From positions 109,804,001 to 109,868,000 of the forward strand of contig NC_086107.1 of NCBI RefSeq assembly GCF_963921235.1: a stretch of 64,000 nucleotides of DNA, in the 5' to 3' direction. Under the pieces are notes generated by a model. It saw only the letters and a program-made list of their open reading frames with translations. It did not search any database and was not told the origin of the DNA. This DNA is from Mobula hypostoma (lineage: Eukaryota). A program made the position numbers and the translations under genes. Positions 39,284 through 51,080 of this stretch are shown piece after piece (the stretch's first letter is position 1; each line of letters starts with the position of its first letter).

Positions 39284-40692
39284 GATACTTTCAGAACAAA
39301 TTGTTTTGCGTCCCCTTACCAGCAGAAACGTAGTTTATCAGTTACATCATGGTTTCATTTTTCATTGACTCACTGTTAACACATGATACGCCTGTGCATT
39401 TCCATTGGTCCCTCCTAAACTCAGGAATTTGCGTGATCTCGAGTATGAAAGTGCCAGTGTTTGCAAAAGCCTATCTTTGGATCACCTTTGCTCCTTCGCT
39501 TCTGACCTGGTTTCACGTGCTCTACATCTGCTCCTTTAAACTTCAAACTAAACGACTGCAAAGCAGCAAAGTTTCCTCTCATTCTTGGGACTCGGGGATC
39601 GGAAAAGTCACCGAGATCCCACTGCAGCCTAACCACGGGGCAATTTACAATGACCAATTAACCGACTAACCGGTACAGGGGGGAAACCAGAGCACCTGAA
39701 AGAAACACACACACACACACGTGGGAAGAACATACAAACTTTCTTACAGAGGACGCTGGAATCGAACTCTGAGCTCCCACTCCCCCAGCTGTAACAGCGT
39801 TGCACGAACCACTATAACACCCACTGTATATCTCTAATATCCTCACTCAGAAGATAGATTACTGAGCTGAGTTAGAGCCATCATGGGTACCAGCCTCTGC
39901 CATATCCAAGACATCTAGGAGCGGTGCGTCAGAAAGCTGGCTTCCATCATTACGGGCCCCCACCACCCAGGACACGTCTTGTCCTCATCGTCGCATGAGG
40001 AAGGAGGTACCAGAGCCTGAAGGTACACACTCAGCGATTTAGGAACAGCTTCTTCCCCTCTGCCAACTGATTTCTGAACGGACCTTGACCCATTAACACG
40101 ACCTCACTACTTTTTTTAAAATTTCTGTTTTTGCACCATATATCAGGGATGCATCTTGCCCTAACCATGGACTTTTTACTCTCCTCCCATCCGGTAGGCG
40201 CTACAGGAGCCTCCGCTCCCGCACCGGCAGGCACAGGAAGAGCTTCTTCCCTGAGGCTGTGACACTGCTGAACCTCTCATCACAGCGCTGAGCAGTATTG
40301 CACCCATATTGTACTGTCTCAGTACTTTTAATTTGTGTGCTGTAGCAAATTTTTTTGTTCGCAGTTATTTTGTAAATAACACTATTCTTTGCATTTCTGG
40401 TCAGATGCTAAATGCATTTCATTGGCTTTGTATCAGCACAATGACAATAAAGTTGAATCTAATCTAATCTATTTTAATTTAACTATTTAATATGCACATG
40501 TATACTTACTGTAAAATCAGGTTTTTTCCCCTATATTTATCTATCGCATTGTACTGCTGCCAGAAAGTTAACAAATTTCACGATATATGCCGGTGATATG
40601 CAACTTGATTCTGAAATACTCTCTGACTCGCCGCAGATGCTGCCCGACTGTCTACGACTATTGCCAGCATTTTGTTTTTACTTTAGCGTTAC

Positions 40693-40857
40693 CTCAAATA
40701 TCTTGACATCATCCGAGGAGATGTTCTGTCTCAAGCAGTGTTTCCAAGGAATCCTGAACTGTCTCTTCTCTTTATTTACCCAGCAGAGGCCGGGGTACTG
40801 GCCGCTATCTACTTGCGTGATGAGCCACGGACACAGCAAAGGCTTCTGGGAACTCAT
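40693..40857 (-). CDS. IRF3: IRF3 first coding exon (exon 2), DNA-binding domain N-half
   Basis: Reverse complement reads MSSQKPLLCPWLITQVDSGQYPGLCWVNKEKRQFRIPWKHCLRQNISSDDVKIFE, containing three of the five IRF tryptophans. 165 nt; acceptor ttttcactctcttcccagcag; donor GAG|gtaacg, phase 0. Absent from the ORF track. Confidence 0.95.
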
Positions 40858-43259
40858 CCTGCTGGGAAGAGAGTGAAAATAATGGAGGCGGGGGTCAGAA
40901 AGACATTAAGAATATAAAGGAGTGTGAGCACAAGCCCTTGTCACCCTGTCCGCCCTCTTCTATAATTCAACATTTCCCTTGTTAAATACAGATCAGGCCT
41001 GTTCCTCCCGGAATCTCATTTTCTAATTGGGATTGAAACTGAACCACTTTTACTGACAGGAGAAGGGGCAAAGGTGGGTTACTGGGCGCCTTAAAACCAG
41101 TCGCTTCAGGACGATGGGACTTGACAGCCGTGGTTGGCAGCTCATCCAGAAGTAAAACTCTGATGTCAAACCTCCGCTGCCTTGTGGCTACACCCACTCC
41201 TGGGGAAGGCTTTGGGAGTAAACCCTGAGGATAAACCCAGAGCTGAAGTCCCCAAGGCAGTCCTACATCGAGCTCAACGCTGACTGGCAACTCCTGCCAA
41301 ACCGTAAGGGCCTCTGCCCTTCAGATGCGTGGAGAGGGGGAGCTTCCTGCACGGGCAACAGCTTGGTCTCCATATCCTACTGTCCTGGCCTGCGCATCAT
41401 GTAGACCCCAACCACAGCGGGTGTCAGAAACAAGAAAAAAACTCTGCAGATGCAGAAAACCCAAGCGATGCTGGAGGAACTCAGCAGGCCAGGCAGCTTC
41501 TATGGAAAAGAGTACAGTCGATGTTTCAGGCCGAGATCCTTCAGCTGGACGTCATAAGTTGGGATCAATTCCTGCTAAGGTCAATGGACGAACTATCCAA
41601 ATGGACTCTGGTTAATTGGAACACATTTGGGACCAGAACATTTTGCTCCAATTAGCCAAAGTTTCACAGAAATTGTTGGAGGAATAAAAAAGACAAACTA
41701 TCGCTTAACTGAGAAACAAATTAGGCTTCTAAATAAAATACTGGACAAATTAGACTATCAATATGACTACAGTACTATAGAACTGTGTATTCGTTCCCAA
41801 TAGTTATTGATGGAGGAATTCATCTGGCGTGTACACACTGCCGTGTTCTTTTTATTAACAGTAAATGAACAAAATCAGTGCAGACACCGAGAGCAGATAA
41901 GAGAATAGCTTTGTTGCCTCCCTGCATGAAGTCAAAATAAAGAAAGCAAAATGATGGAAAAATCACAGCTTTTTGAATCGACGTCTGTCGGCCCAAATGG
42001 ATAACATAACGCAACTGACATTATTTAAAAACTGCTCACTCTGTAATGTCTAACGGCCACACAAGCGCACACGAGTGACACTAGTTAGAAACTGTTTAGT
42101 AACAGTCTCCTGTCCCAATTAAGCGGCATTGTGTCCCAAATAAACGAAGGGAATCTCGGCGATTTTCTCGATTAGTTTTCCGGTAAGTTCTGTAACACAT
42201 TGCTCGAAGAAACAATCTCTGATGCAACCAAAAAGAAGCCACATTGGCTCTACTGTAAGACCAGAAGACAGAGAAGCAGAATTAGGCCATTCAGCCCATC
42301 GAGTCTGCTCCATCATTCAATCATGTCTGATTTATTTTCCCTCTCAATGGTTCAATATCAGATAATGTATACAGTTTACAACCTGAATTCCTTACTCTTC
42401 ACAAACATCCACAAAACAGAGGGAAAAAAACAAAGAATGACTGAAAAGCATTAGAACCCCAAAGCCTCCCTCCCCCTCCCATGCACAAACTGCATCAACC
42501 CTCCCTCTCCTCTTTCCCCGCTTGCTTCAGCAAAGGCATCAACAACTCTCCCACTAACCCCCTCCACCGTGCAAGTAAAAGCCCCCAGACACCAGGTTTC
42601 GGAGTCTGTCAAAAACTACAGTCCATCCCAACAGTTTGACCTCTCAACAGACCCTCTCTCTCTCTCACTAAAGAGGGAGAGATTATCGCTCCTGTGAGGG
42701 GGGAGGCCAACGGCTCGCTGTTTTAATCTGCAGTGTCGCTTCCTCGAGCTCTCCTGCCTTCTCCCCGTAAACTCTGACACCTTGACTCATCAAGAACTTT
42801 GTTTGGACTTTGAGGAGATTTGGTATGTCACCAAAGACTCCGGTAAATTTCTGTGGAGGTACAGTGGAGAGCATTCTGGCTGGCCTGCTACGGTGTCTCC
42901 AATGCACAGGATCCCAAGAGGCTGCAGAGCGCTGTAGACAAGACCAACTGCACCACAGGCACAAAGCTCCCCTCCATCCACAGCACCTTCGACAGCAGGT
43001 GCCTCAACAATGGGGCATCTGTTATTAAAGACCCTCACCCTTCGGAACATGCCATCTTCTCATTGCTACGATTACAGGAGCTTGAAGACCCACACTCCAT
43101 GTTTCAGGAACAGCTTCTTCCCCTCCGCCATCAGATTTCTGAATGGACAATGAACCCAGGTACACTACCTCACCATTTTTCTTTTGGCTCTCTTTTTGAC
43201 CTAATTATTTTATTTATACATATATATTTATTTATTTTTGTAATTTGTTTTTTAATGTA

Positions 43260-43630
43260 GGGTGTCAGGGTGGAGATACGTCTCTACCAAAGGAGGTGTA
43301 AGGCTCTCTTTCCCTCCGCTAGCCTGCAGGTCACCCTTGGGCAAGGAGCAGCACCTCTTTGCCCCCAGTCAGGGTCATGTGAAGGCATGGGCGCAGGTGG
43401 TGGATGGTCGTATGAGCAGCTGGTGCAGATCACAAGTCCTGGTTATGCGACCACTGACACCAGGCAGACAATCTCTGAAGAGTATTGGTAATGGCTGGGG
43501 TCACCCGTCTTGTAAAGACACTGTCCACAAGGCAACGGCAAACCACTTCTGTAGAAAGGCTTGCCAAGGACAACTGTGGTCCAAGATCATGATCGCCTAC
43601 GTCACACAACATGGCCATCATGATGATTAT
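43260..43630 (+). mobile_element. Short RTE-derived non-autonomous retroelement (second copy ~1380-1710)
   Basis: Two closely similar ~350-nt copies with short repeat tails. The RTE assignment rests on recalled 3'-end similarity and is unverified. Confidence 0.55.
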
Positions 43631-44189
43631 GTTGTACAGCTGCCGCAAAGACAACAAATTCCACAACGTAAACCTGATTCTGATTTGCATACCACTAATT
43701 CTTCAATACATTTGCTAGCTTTGTTTGACAAATCAACATGTAGGTTCAAATCTCCCGACAATTACAGTTCCCTATTATGATCTGTGCTACTGAAAAGGTC
43801 ACATTTGGGTTGGGGGGGGCGGGAATTAAGACAACTCCTAACTGCGTCTCCTTTCCTGATCTCATGATTCATGATCTCAACCCAAAGCCATCCACTACCT
43901 CTAAATCACAACTCAACACCAATCTGATACTTTCTGGATTAATCGTCGTCACATTTGGTCTGTTCTTTTGAAACAGTGCTGAAACCCTCCCCCCAGTAAT
44001 CAGCTATTTGTGTCGTAATCTCTTCAATCTTACTGTGACCATCTTGATTTGAACAACTGATTTTTTTTTAATATAGTCTACACTAATTGCCTCTGCACTG
44101 AATAGTTTTGCCCCATCCCCACCTTGTCAATCCTCCACCCCCTCACAATACTGAAAAAATCTAGGATTTCCTTTCCTCTCTTCCCCACC

Positions 44190-44672
44190 GTTAAAAGGGG
44201 TGCTCCCTCCCCTAAAAAAATTGCCCTCTCCACCCTTCTCTAAGAGGAGCTTCACCCCGCCCTTCTTTCAAGAGCCCTTCCCTTCTAAGGACACCCTCTT
44301 TCGCCCTCCCTCCACTTTCCTTCCCTCCTCTAAAGGAACACTCCCACCCTCCCCCTCTTCCTTCTCTAAAGGGGATGCTCCCTTCTCCCTCCCCCTCCCC
44401 CTCTTCCTCCTCTAAAGGGGACGCTCCCTTCTCCCTCCACTAAAGGGACGCTCCCACCCCTCCCCCATCCCTCCTCTAAAGGGACGGTCCCCCTTCCGTC
44501 TCCCTCCACTAAAGGGGCGCTCCCCACCCTCCTGCTTCACACAGCCTCCTCACTCTAAAGGGACGCTCCCTCCTCCAAAGGGGCGCTCCCCCTTCCGTCT
44601 CCCTCCACTAAAGGGGCGCTCCCCCACCTTCTTGCTTCACGGAGAGCCTCCCCGCTCTAAAGGGGCGCTCCC
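44190..44672. repeat. Degenerate minisatellite (core CTAAAGGGG[A]CGCTCCC), G-rich on the IRF3 sense strand
   Basis: About a dozen degenerate copies of the core separated by C-runs. Confidence 0.8.
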
Positions 44673-44676
44673 TCAC

Positions 44677-44930
44677 CTACGGGCTCTCAGCCCGACCCCA
44701 ATCCCCACCGGAGAGCCGCCGCGCCGTTCGGAAGCGGCCGCCGCCGGACACCGGAGCCGACTCGGCGGGGACCCACCTGCCAGGGACGTCCCGGCTCGGC
44801 GCCGCGATCCACTTTCACTTCGCTGTTCCCCACCTGGCGCCAACCGCCCGGATGTCCCGCCTTCCCCCGAGCATCACTTCCGCCAGCTGGGAGCATCGAG
44901 GAAGTTCCTCTCGGATAGAGTGTAGTTTTG
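44677..44930 (-). promoter_or_regulatory. IRF3: CpG-rich IRF3 promoter / putative non-coding exon 1
   Basis: CpG-dense non-repeat tract upstream of the ATG exon. Candidate donors TAG|gtgagg (44677/44676) and CAG|gtgggt (~44777); ETS-type motifs GCGGAAGTG (44875-44883) and CCGGATGT (44848-44855). Confidence 0.65.
44810..44823 (-). promoter_or_regulatory. IRF-E/PRDI-like element GCGAAGTGAAAGTG
   Basis: 13/14 match to the IFN-beta PRDI element GAGAAGTGAAAGTG, located inside the promoter CpG tract. Confidence 0.65.
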
Positions 44931-46353
44931 TCCGCACAAGCCTGCCCGTGTCTCTCCCCTCCACAGCACAGTTCCAATCTGTACAGGAGTCACCAGATGC
45001 CAGAATACGAAGCAACACGCAAGATCAGGCAGCACCAATGGGGGAAATTCATCTCCTCAGATGCTGTATGGCAGAGGCCTCCCAGTCCCACACCCCCTAT
45101 CCTTTCACATGACCATCTACTCCCCTTGACTGTCCTGCACAGAATCAGAGTAAAGTCCAACACAGCCCAGCTAACCGGTACCAAACCATTTAAACTGCCT
45201 ACTCATATCAACCTGCACTGGGACCGGAAACCTCCATACCCTTACCATTGACGTGCAAACCAATCCAAACTCCTGAGACGTTGAGATCAGGCTTGCAATC
45301 ACCACAAAGATGATAAAATCCGCAGATGCTGGAAGTCCAAGCGACACACACTTGCCAGGCAGCATCTTTAAGGAAAAAAAGTGCAGTTGACATTTCAAGC
45401 CAAAACCCTTTGGCGGGACTTGGTGTCTGTTGCATCCACCACTTGTGCTGGCAGCTCTTTCCACACTCTTACCTCTCTCTGAGTGAAGAAGTTTCCCCTC
45501 ATGTTCCCCTTAAACTTCTCACCTTTCACTCTGAACCCATGACCCGTGTAGTCCCACCCAACCTCAGTGGGAAAAGCCTGCTTGTACTTACCCTATCTAT
45601 ACCCCTCATAATTTTACATACCTCTATCAACTGCACTCTCAATCTTCTACTTTTCACAGAAACTATCTGGACTCAGGAGGTTCTGCAGATGGTTCAAATC
45701 TTGAGCAACATTCACAAAAAAAAACAATTTTAGAAGAATGGGGGGGGGGAGGGTTTTCGTTGAAACATATCCAATATTGAAAGGCCCAGATAGAGTGGAT
45801 ATGGAGAGGAAGTTTCCAATAGTGAGTCTAAGACCAGAAGGCACACCCTTAAAATACCAGGAGCTCCATTTAGAACAGAGATGAGGAGGGATTTCTTTAG
45901 CCAGAGGGTGGTGAATCTGTGGAATTCATTGCCACAGATGACTGTGGTGGACAAGTTATTGGGTACATTTAAAGTGGAGTTTAATAGATTTGATTAGTCA
46001 GGACATCAAAGGTTATGGGGAGAGTAGGGTTGAGAGGGATAATAAATCATCCAGACTCACTGGTGTTGATGTCCTTGAAGGAATCTACGTTCAGTAGCCA
46101 CTTTACGAGGTGGCTTTCTGCTGTAGCCCAGCCACTTCAAGCTTCAATGTGTTGTGTATTCAGAGATGCCCTTCTGCACACCACTGTTGTAACATGTGGT
46201 TATTTGAGTTACTGTCACCTTCTTGTCAGCTTGAACCAGTCTGGCCATTCTCCTCTGACCTCTCTCATTAACAAGGTGTTTTCACCCACTGAACTGCCGC
46301 TCACTGGATTTCTTTTGTTTTGTTTTTTGCACCAGTCTCTGTAAACTTTAGAG

Positions 46354-47427
46354 CAGCGATTCCCAACTTTTTTTATGCCATGGAGCCTTACCTTCTTCTT
46401 CTTCTATTTCCGGCTGTTTAGATGCATCTAGGCGTATTACAGCCCTCTGCAGGATGTGTAATTAATTATAGAACTTCAAGGGACTCAAATTCTCGAATAC
46501 AACCTAGTCTCACGTATAAACTGAATAATAAACTCTTCAATCAGATGTTGATTCTCTTGATGGCCAAACAAAGATTGAATAGAAAACCAAAATAAATTTA
46601 AGCCAGATAGCCTCTTGAACAACATGCTTCTTTCAATTTTGTATCGATTACAGCTCAGCAAAACATGCTGGACTGTCTCTGGACTACCACGGTCACATAA
46701 TCCAGTAGGATGTTTTCCTATTATCTTTAAATAATAGCTTAGCCCACAATGCCCCAACCTAAGTCTTGTAAATTTCACCATATCTCTACGACTTAAAAGG
46801 TAACAGTCTGAGACCTTTTTAACTAATGGGTGACTAGAAAAATAATGCCTGCCCCTTAATTCATTTTTCCAATCCTCCTGCCACTTCTTCTCTATACCTT
46901 TTTTAATCCTACTTCTCAATTCTGCTCTGCCTAGGGGAACTCTAATTTCTGCTTGCCTGCTCTGTAAGGAAGACTTTGCAATGCCATCCACCATTTCATT
47001 TCCCTCCACCCCAGCGTGCCCAGGTCTCCATGAAAATCTAACTGCACAACCCATCTTCCCTTCTCTAAACAACACTAAGAGAATCTCAATAACTATGTCA
47101 GGACGAGCTTTTGATTTACTCCCTTTTATAGACTCTAAGGCAGCAGCAGAATCCGAACAGATGATAACCCTACGTGGTCAAGAGTCTTCTATCCACCATA
47201 AGGCCCAGAGGAATGCTAGTAATTCTGTTGCAAAGACAGAAACACCATCTGAAACCCGGTGACCAATCTTAACTCCAAGTTGAGACACATACATCCCAAA
47301 TCCTGCCCTGCTGCTCTCTGGGTCCACTGAGCCATCAGTAAAAATCTTCAGATAAGATCCCCATTTATTATTTACATATTCATTTGTGATCAAGCCTTAC
47401 CTTAAACTGAGGAGTTGGGAACCCCCG
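46354..47427. mobile_element. hAT-Charlie-type MITE split by the Nimb-like LINE
   Basis: TIRs CAGCGATTCCCAAC / GTTGGGAACCCCCG; 8-bp TSD CTTTAGAG / CTCTAGAG. Confidence 0.75.
46395..47392 (-). mobile_element. RNase H-bearing I/Nimb-type LINE 3' fragment, copy 2
   Basis: IFTDGS...VSVFATELLA...W(R)PGHAGVEGNEMVD...TRLRLGHC...ETVQHVLLSC; (GAA)n tail; 11-bp TSD AGCCTTACCTT (46384-46394, 47393-47403). Confidence 0.85.
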
Positions 47428-49233
47428 CTCTAGAGTCTATTGTGCATGAAAATCCCAGGAGTCCAGCAGTTTCTGAGGTACATAAACCACCCCATCTTGA
47501 GCCAACAAGCATTCCACATTCAAAGTCACCTTGATTGCATTTCTTCCCCATTCTGCTGTCTGGTCTGAACAACAACTGAGCCTCTTGACCATGTCTGCAC
47601 TAGTTGCTGCCACATGATTGGCTGATTAGATATAAATGAGGTGTACAGGTGTACCTAATAAAGTTGGCATCTGAGTACATCTTTCTGCTATATGAAGCAG
47701 GGATCCTGGAGATTCATCCAAGGGATGGGAAAATATGAAGCCATTCATTTTGGAAGGGGTGAATTTGAAGGCAGAAAGCAGGGTTAATGCAGGATTCTTG
47801 CTAGTGTGGAGGAACAGACAGATCTTGGGGTCCACGTCCATAGATGCCTCAAAGATGCCGTGCAAGTTTTTAAGAAGGTGTATAGTGTGTTGGCCCTCCT
47901 TACAGGATGGAGTTCAAGCACTGTGAGGTAATGTGGCAGCTCTATAAAACCCTGGTTAGACCACACTTGGAGCATTGTGTTCAGTTCTGGTCACCTCATT
48001 ACCGGAAGGATGTGAAAGCTTTAGAGAGGGTGCAGAGGAGATTTCCAAGGATGCCACTTGGACTAGAGGATAGGTGAGTTAGCGAGGGCTTCTCACTTTG
48101 GAGTGAAGGAGGATGAGAGGTGACGACAGAGGTATAGAAAACACTAAGAGGCATAAATAGTGTGGATGACCAGAGACACTTTCATCGGGTGAAAATGAGG
48201 GGGCATAATTTTATGGTGATTAGAGGAAAGTATAGAGGGGATGTCGGAGGTAATTTTTTCCCACACAGAGGGTGGTGGGTGCATGGAAAGCCCTGCCAGG
48301 GCTGGTAGGAGACATTTAAAAGACTCCTAGAGTCTTATATGGATGATAGAAAAATGGAGGGCTATGTAGGAGGGGTTTTAAATTGATCTTGGAGTAGGTA
48401 AAAGATCAGCACAACATTGTGGGCTGAAGGGTCTGTACTGTGCTGCAGTGTTCTATATACTTAGGCAGGTAGATCAGCTACGAGAGTAAGTGAACAGTCT
48501 AACCTTTGGATTACTTGGAAGAATGGCACAGAGCCAGGTTACCGTCATCAGGTTTTAAGTCCCACTACATTACTTCCGAGTATCCCTTTAAATAATCACT
48601 GAGAGTCTTCTCTCTATCGTTAACTGACCCGTTTCCTCATTTCAGGGCAATTGGGGATGGGTGACCATTGTCAATGGTGTTGCAGGAAGGAAGATATTTT
48701 TAAAAATCTAATTCAAGATAGCACCACACAAGTTCAACAGCGAAGCAGTAAAACCAGTCGGGCCAAAACATTCCAAGAAATGGGCCAAGTTATTTACTGG
48801 TCTGTTCTGGATCTGGATCAGAATCCATCCTGTTCTTGTGAAGGTGGCTGGGTGATGGAGCAGAAATGGGACTGCAAGTAAGTCAGAACAATTTTAGATG
48901 CTCTTGGAACAAGTACAAGGTTCTGATCGATTCTGCTTTTGCAGGACCACGGCCAGGAGACCCTGTCTCAAAGTGCTGATCCTGCTGATGGTGGCTTCCT
49001 TCCTCCAAGTCGCAGAGTTCTTCCCGGCAGCAAGCAGGTGAACCGAGCTGTCGGGGGCAGGGATTTTTCAAAGGTATTCCTGTTCTTGTCTTTCTAAATG
49101 TTTTCAGAGACACGAAGCAGTTTCTCCAAACTTCATGGTGTCTCCATTCATTTTGTAGAGTCTCATAGTGCTGAAGGAGGCCATTTGGCCCATTGAGGTC
49201 TGCACTCAGCAAAATTAGCGAGACCATAAGACA

Positions 49234-50059
49234 AGCAACACACATCAAAGTTGCTGGTGAACGCAGCGGTCCAGGCAGCATCTCTAGGAAGAGGTACAGT
49301 CGACGTTTCGGGCCGAGACCCTTCGTCAGGACTAACCGAAGGAAGAGCTAGTAAGTGATTTGAAAGTGGGAGGGGGAGGGGGAGATCCAAAATGATAGGA
49401 GAAGACAGGAGGGGGAGGGATGGAGCCAAGAGCTGGACAGGTGATTGGCAAAAGGGATATGAGAGGATCATGGGACAGGAGGCTCAGGGAGAAGGAAAAG
49501 GGGGAGGTGGGGGAAAAAGCCCAGAGGATGGGCAAGGGGTATAGACAGAGGGACAGAGGGAGAAAAAGGGGAGAGAGAGAGAAAGAATGTGTGTATAAAA
49601 ACAAATAACGGATGGGGTACAAAGGGGAGGTGGGGCATTAGCGGAAGTTAGAGAAGTCGATGTTCATGCCATCAGGTTAGAGGCTACCCAGGTGGAATAT
49701 AAGGTGTTGTTCCTCCAACCTGAGTGTGGCTTCATCTTTACAGTAGAGCCCATGGATATACATGTCAGAATGGGAATGGGATGTGGAATTAAAATGTGTG
49801 ACCACTGGAAGATCCTGCTTTCTCTGGCGGACAGAGCGTAGGTGTTCAGCAAAACGATCTTCCAGTCTGCATCGGGTCTTGCCAATATATAGAAGGCCAC
49901 ATCGGGAGCTCAGTTAGTCCTGACAAAGGGTCTTGGCCCAAAACGTCGACTGTACCTCTTCCTAGAGATGCTGCCTGGCCTGCTGCATTCACCAGCAACT
50001 TTGATGAGTGTTGCTTGAATTTCCAGCATCTGCAGAATTCCTCGTGTTTACGTTTTTAA
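49234..50059 (-). mobile_element. Penelope-like element fragment with inverted terminal repeat
   Basis: Same family as the 38.4-39.3 kb element; flanked by 13-bp direct repeat AGACCATAAGACA (49221-49233, 50060-50072). Confidence 0.85.
49298..49333 (-). ncRNA. Minimal type I hammerhead ribozyme motif (Penelope-associated); best copy
   Basis: AGUC-CUGACGA-A-GGGU(CUCG)GCCC-GAAA-CG-UC^GACU: complete core, stem I AGUC/GACU, stem II, palindromic minimal stem III. Confidence 0.7.
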
Positions 50060-51080
50060 AGACCATAAGACATACAGGCCAAATTAAGTCATCGAGTCTC
50101 TTCCACCATTCCACCACAGCCAATTTATTATCCCTCTCAACCCCATTCTGCAGCCTTCATTCTGCAACGTTTGACAGCCCCGACTAATCAAGAATCATCA
50201 ACCCCCACTCTAAAAATACTCAGTGACTTGGCCTCCACAGCCGTCCGTGGCAATGAATTCCAGATTCACCACTCTCTGGTTAAAGAAATTCCTCCTCGCC
50301 TCTATTCTAAGTGGATGCCCCTCTATTTTGAGGCTGTGCCTTCTGGTCCTAGAGTCCCCCACTACAGGAAGCACCCTCTCCACATCCACTCTATCTAGGC
50401 CTTTTAATGTTTGATAGGTTTCAATGAGATTGCCCATTTATTTTGGTACAATATCAGAGAACGTAGACAGTACAGAACCTTAAATTTGTATTCTTCAGAC
50501 ATCCACGAAACAAGAGATCCAATAAATTGAACGATAGAAGCCCCCATTCCACCCACCCTCCGCACAAGCAGAAGCACCGACTTCCACCCACCTCCCCCCC
50601 CCCACGCAAGCATCAGCAGAAGCCCCCAAAGAGACCTTGATCCAGAGTCCAACTACTGTCAATAACCCAGCACCATGGTATCACAGACAGGCTCTCTCTC
50701 TCCAGCGAGGGAGAAGTTGCTCTACTACAATGAGAGCAGGAGACCAACAACTCGCTGTTCCAATGTTACAATCTTCCACGTTGCTTCGGAAACACACCAC
50801 CTGCTGTCTCATTGGCTCAGTCTCCCATGACGCTTCATTCTTCTGAACTCCAGGGTAGTCCCAGTGCCATCAAATGCTCCTCACGTTAACCCCATCATTC
50901 CTGGGATCATTCTCGTGAACCTCTTCTGGACCCTCTCCAATGCCAGCAAATCCCTTCTTGGCTACAGGGCCCAAAGGACAGATGATAACTGATTCTAGTA
51001 CAGAACTGGAGGAATTAATAAAATCAAGCGTAAGTGTTGAGTCCTTCAAGAGGACCTTAACCTTGTTGTGGTTTGGAGGC

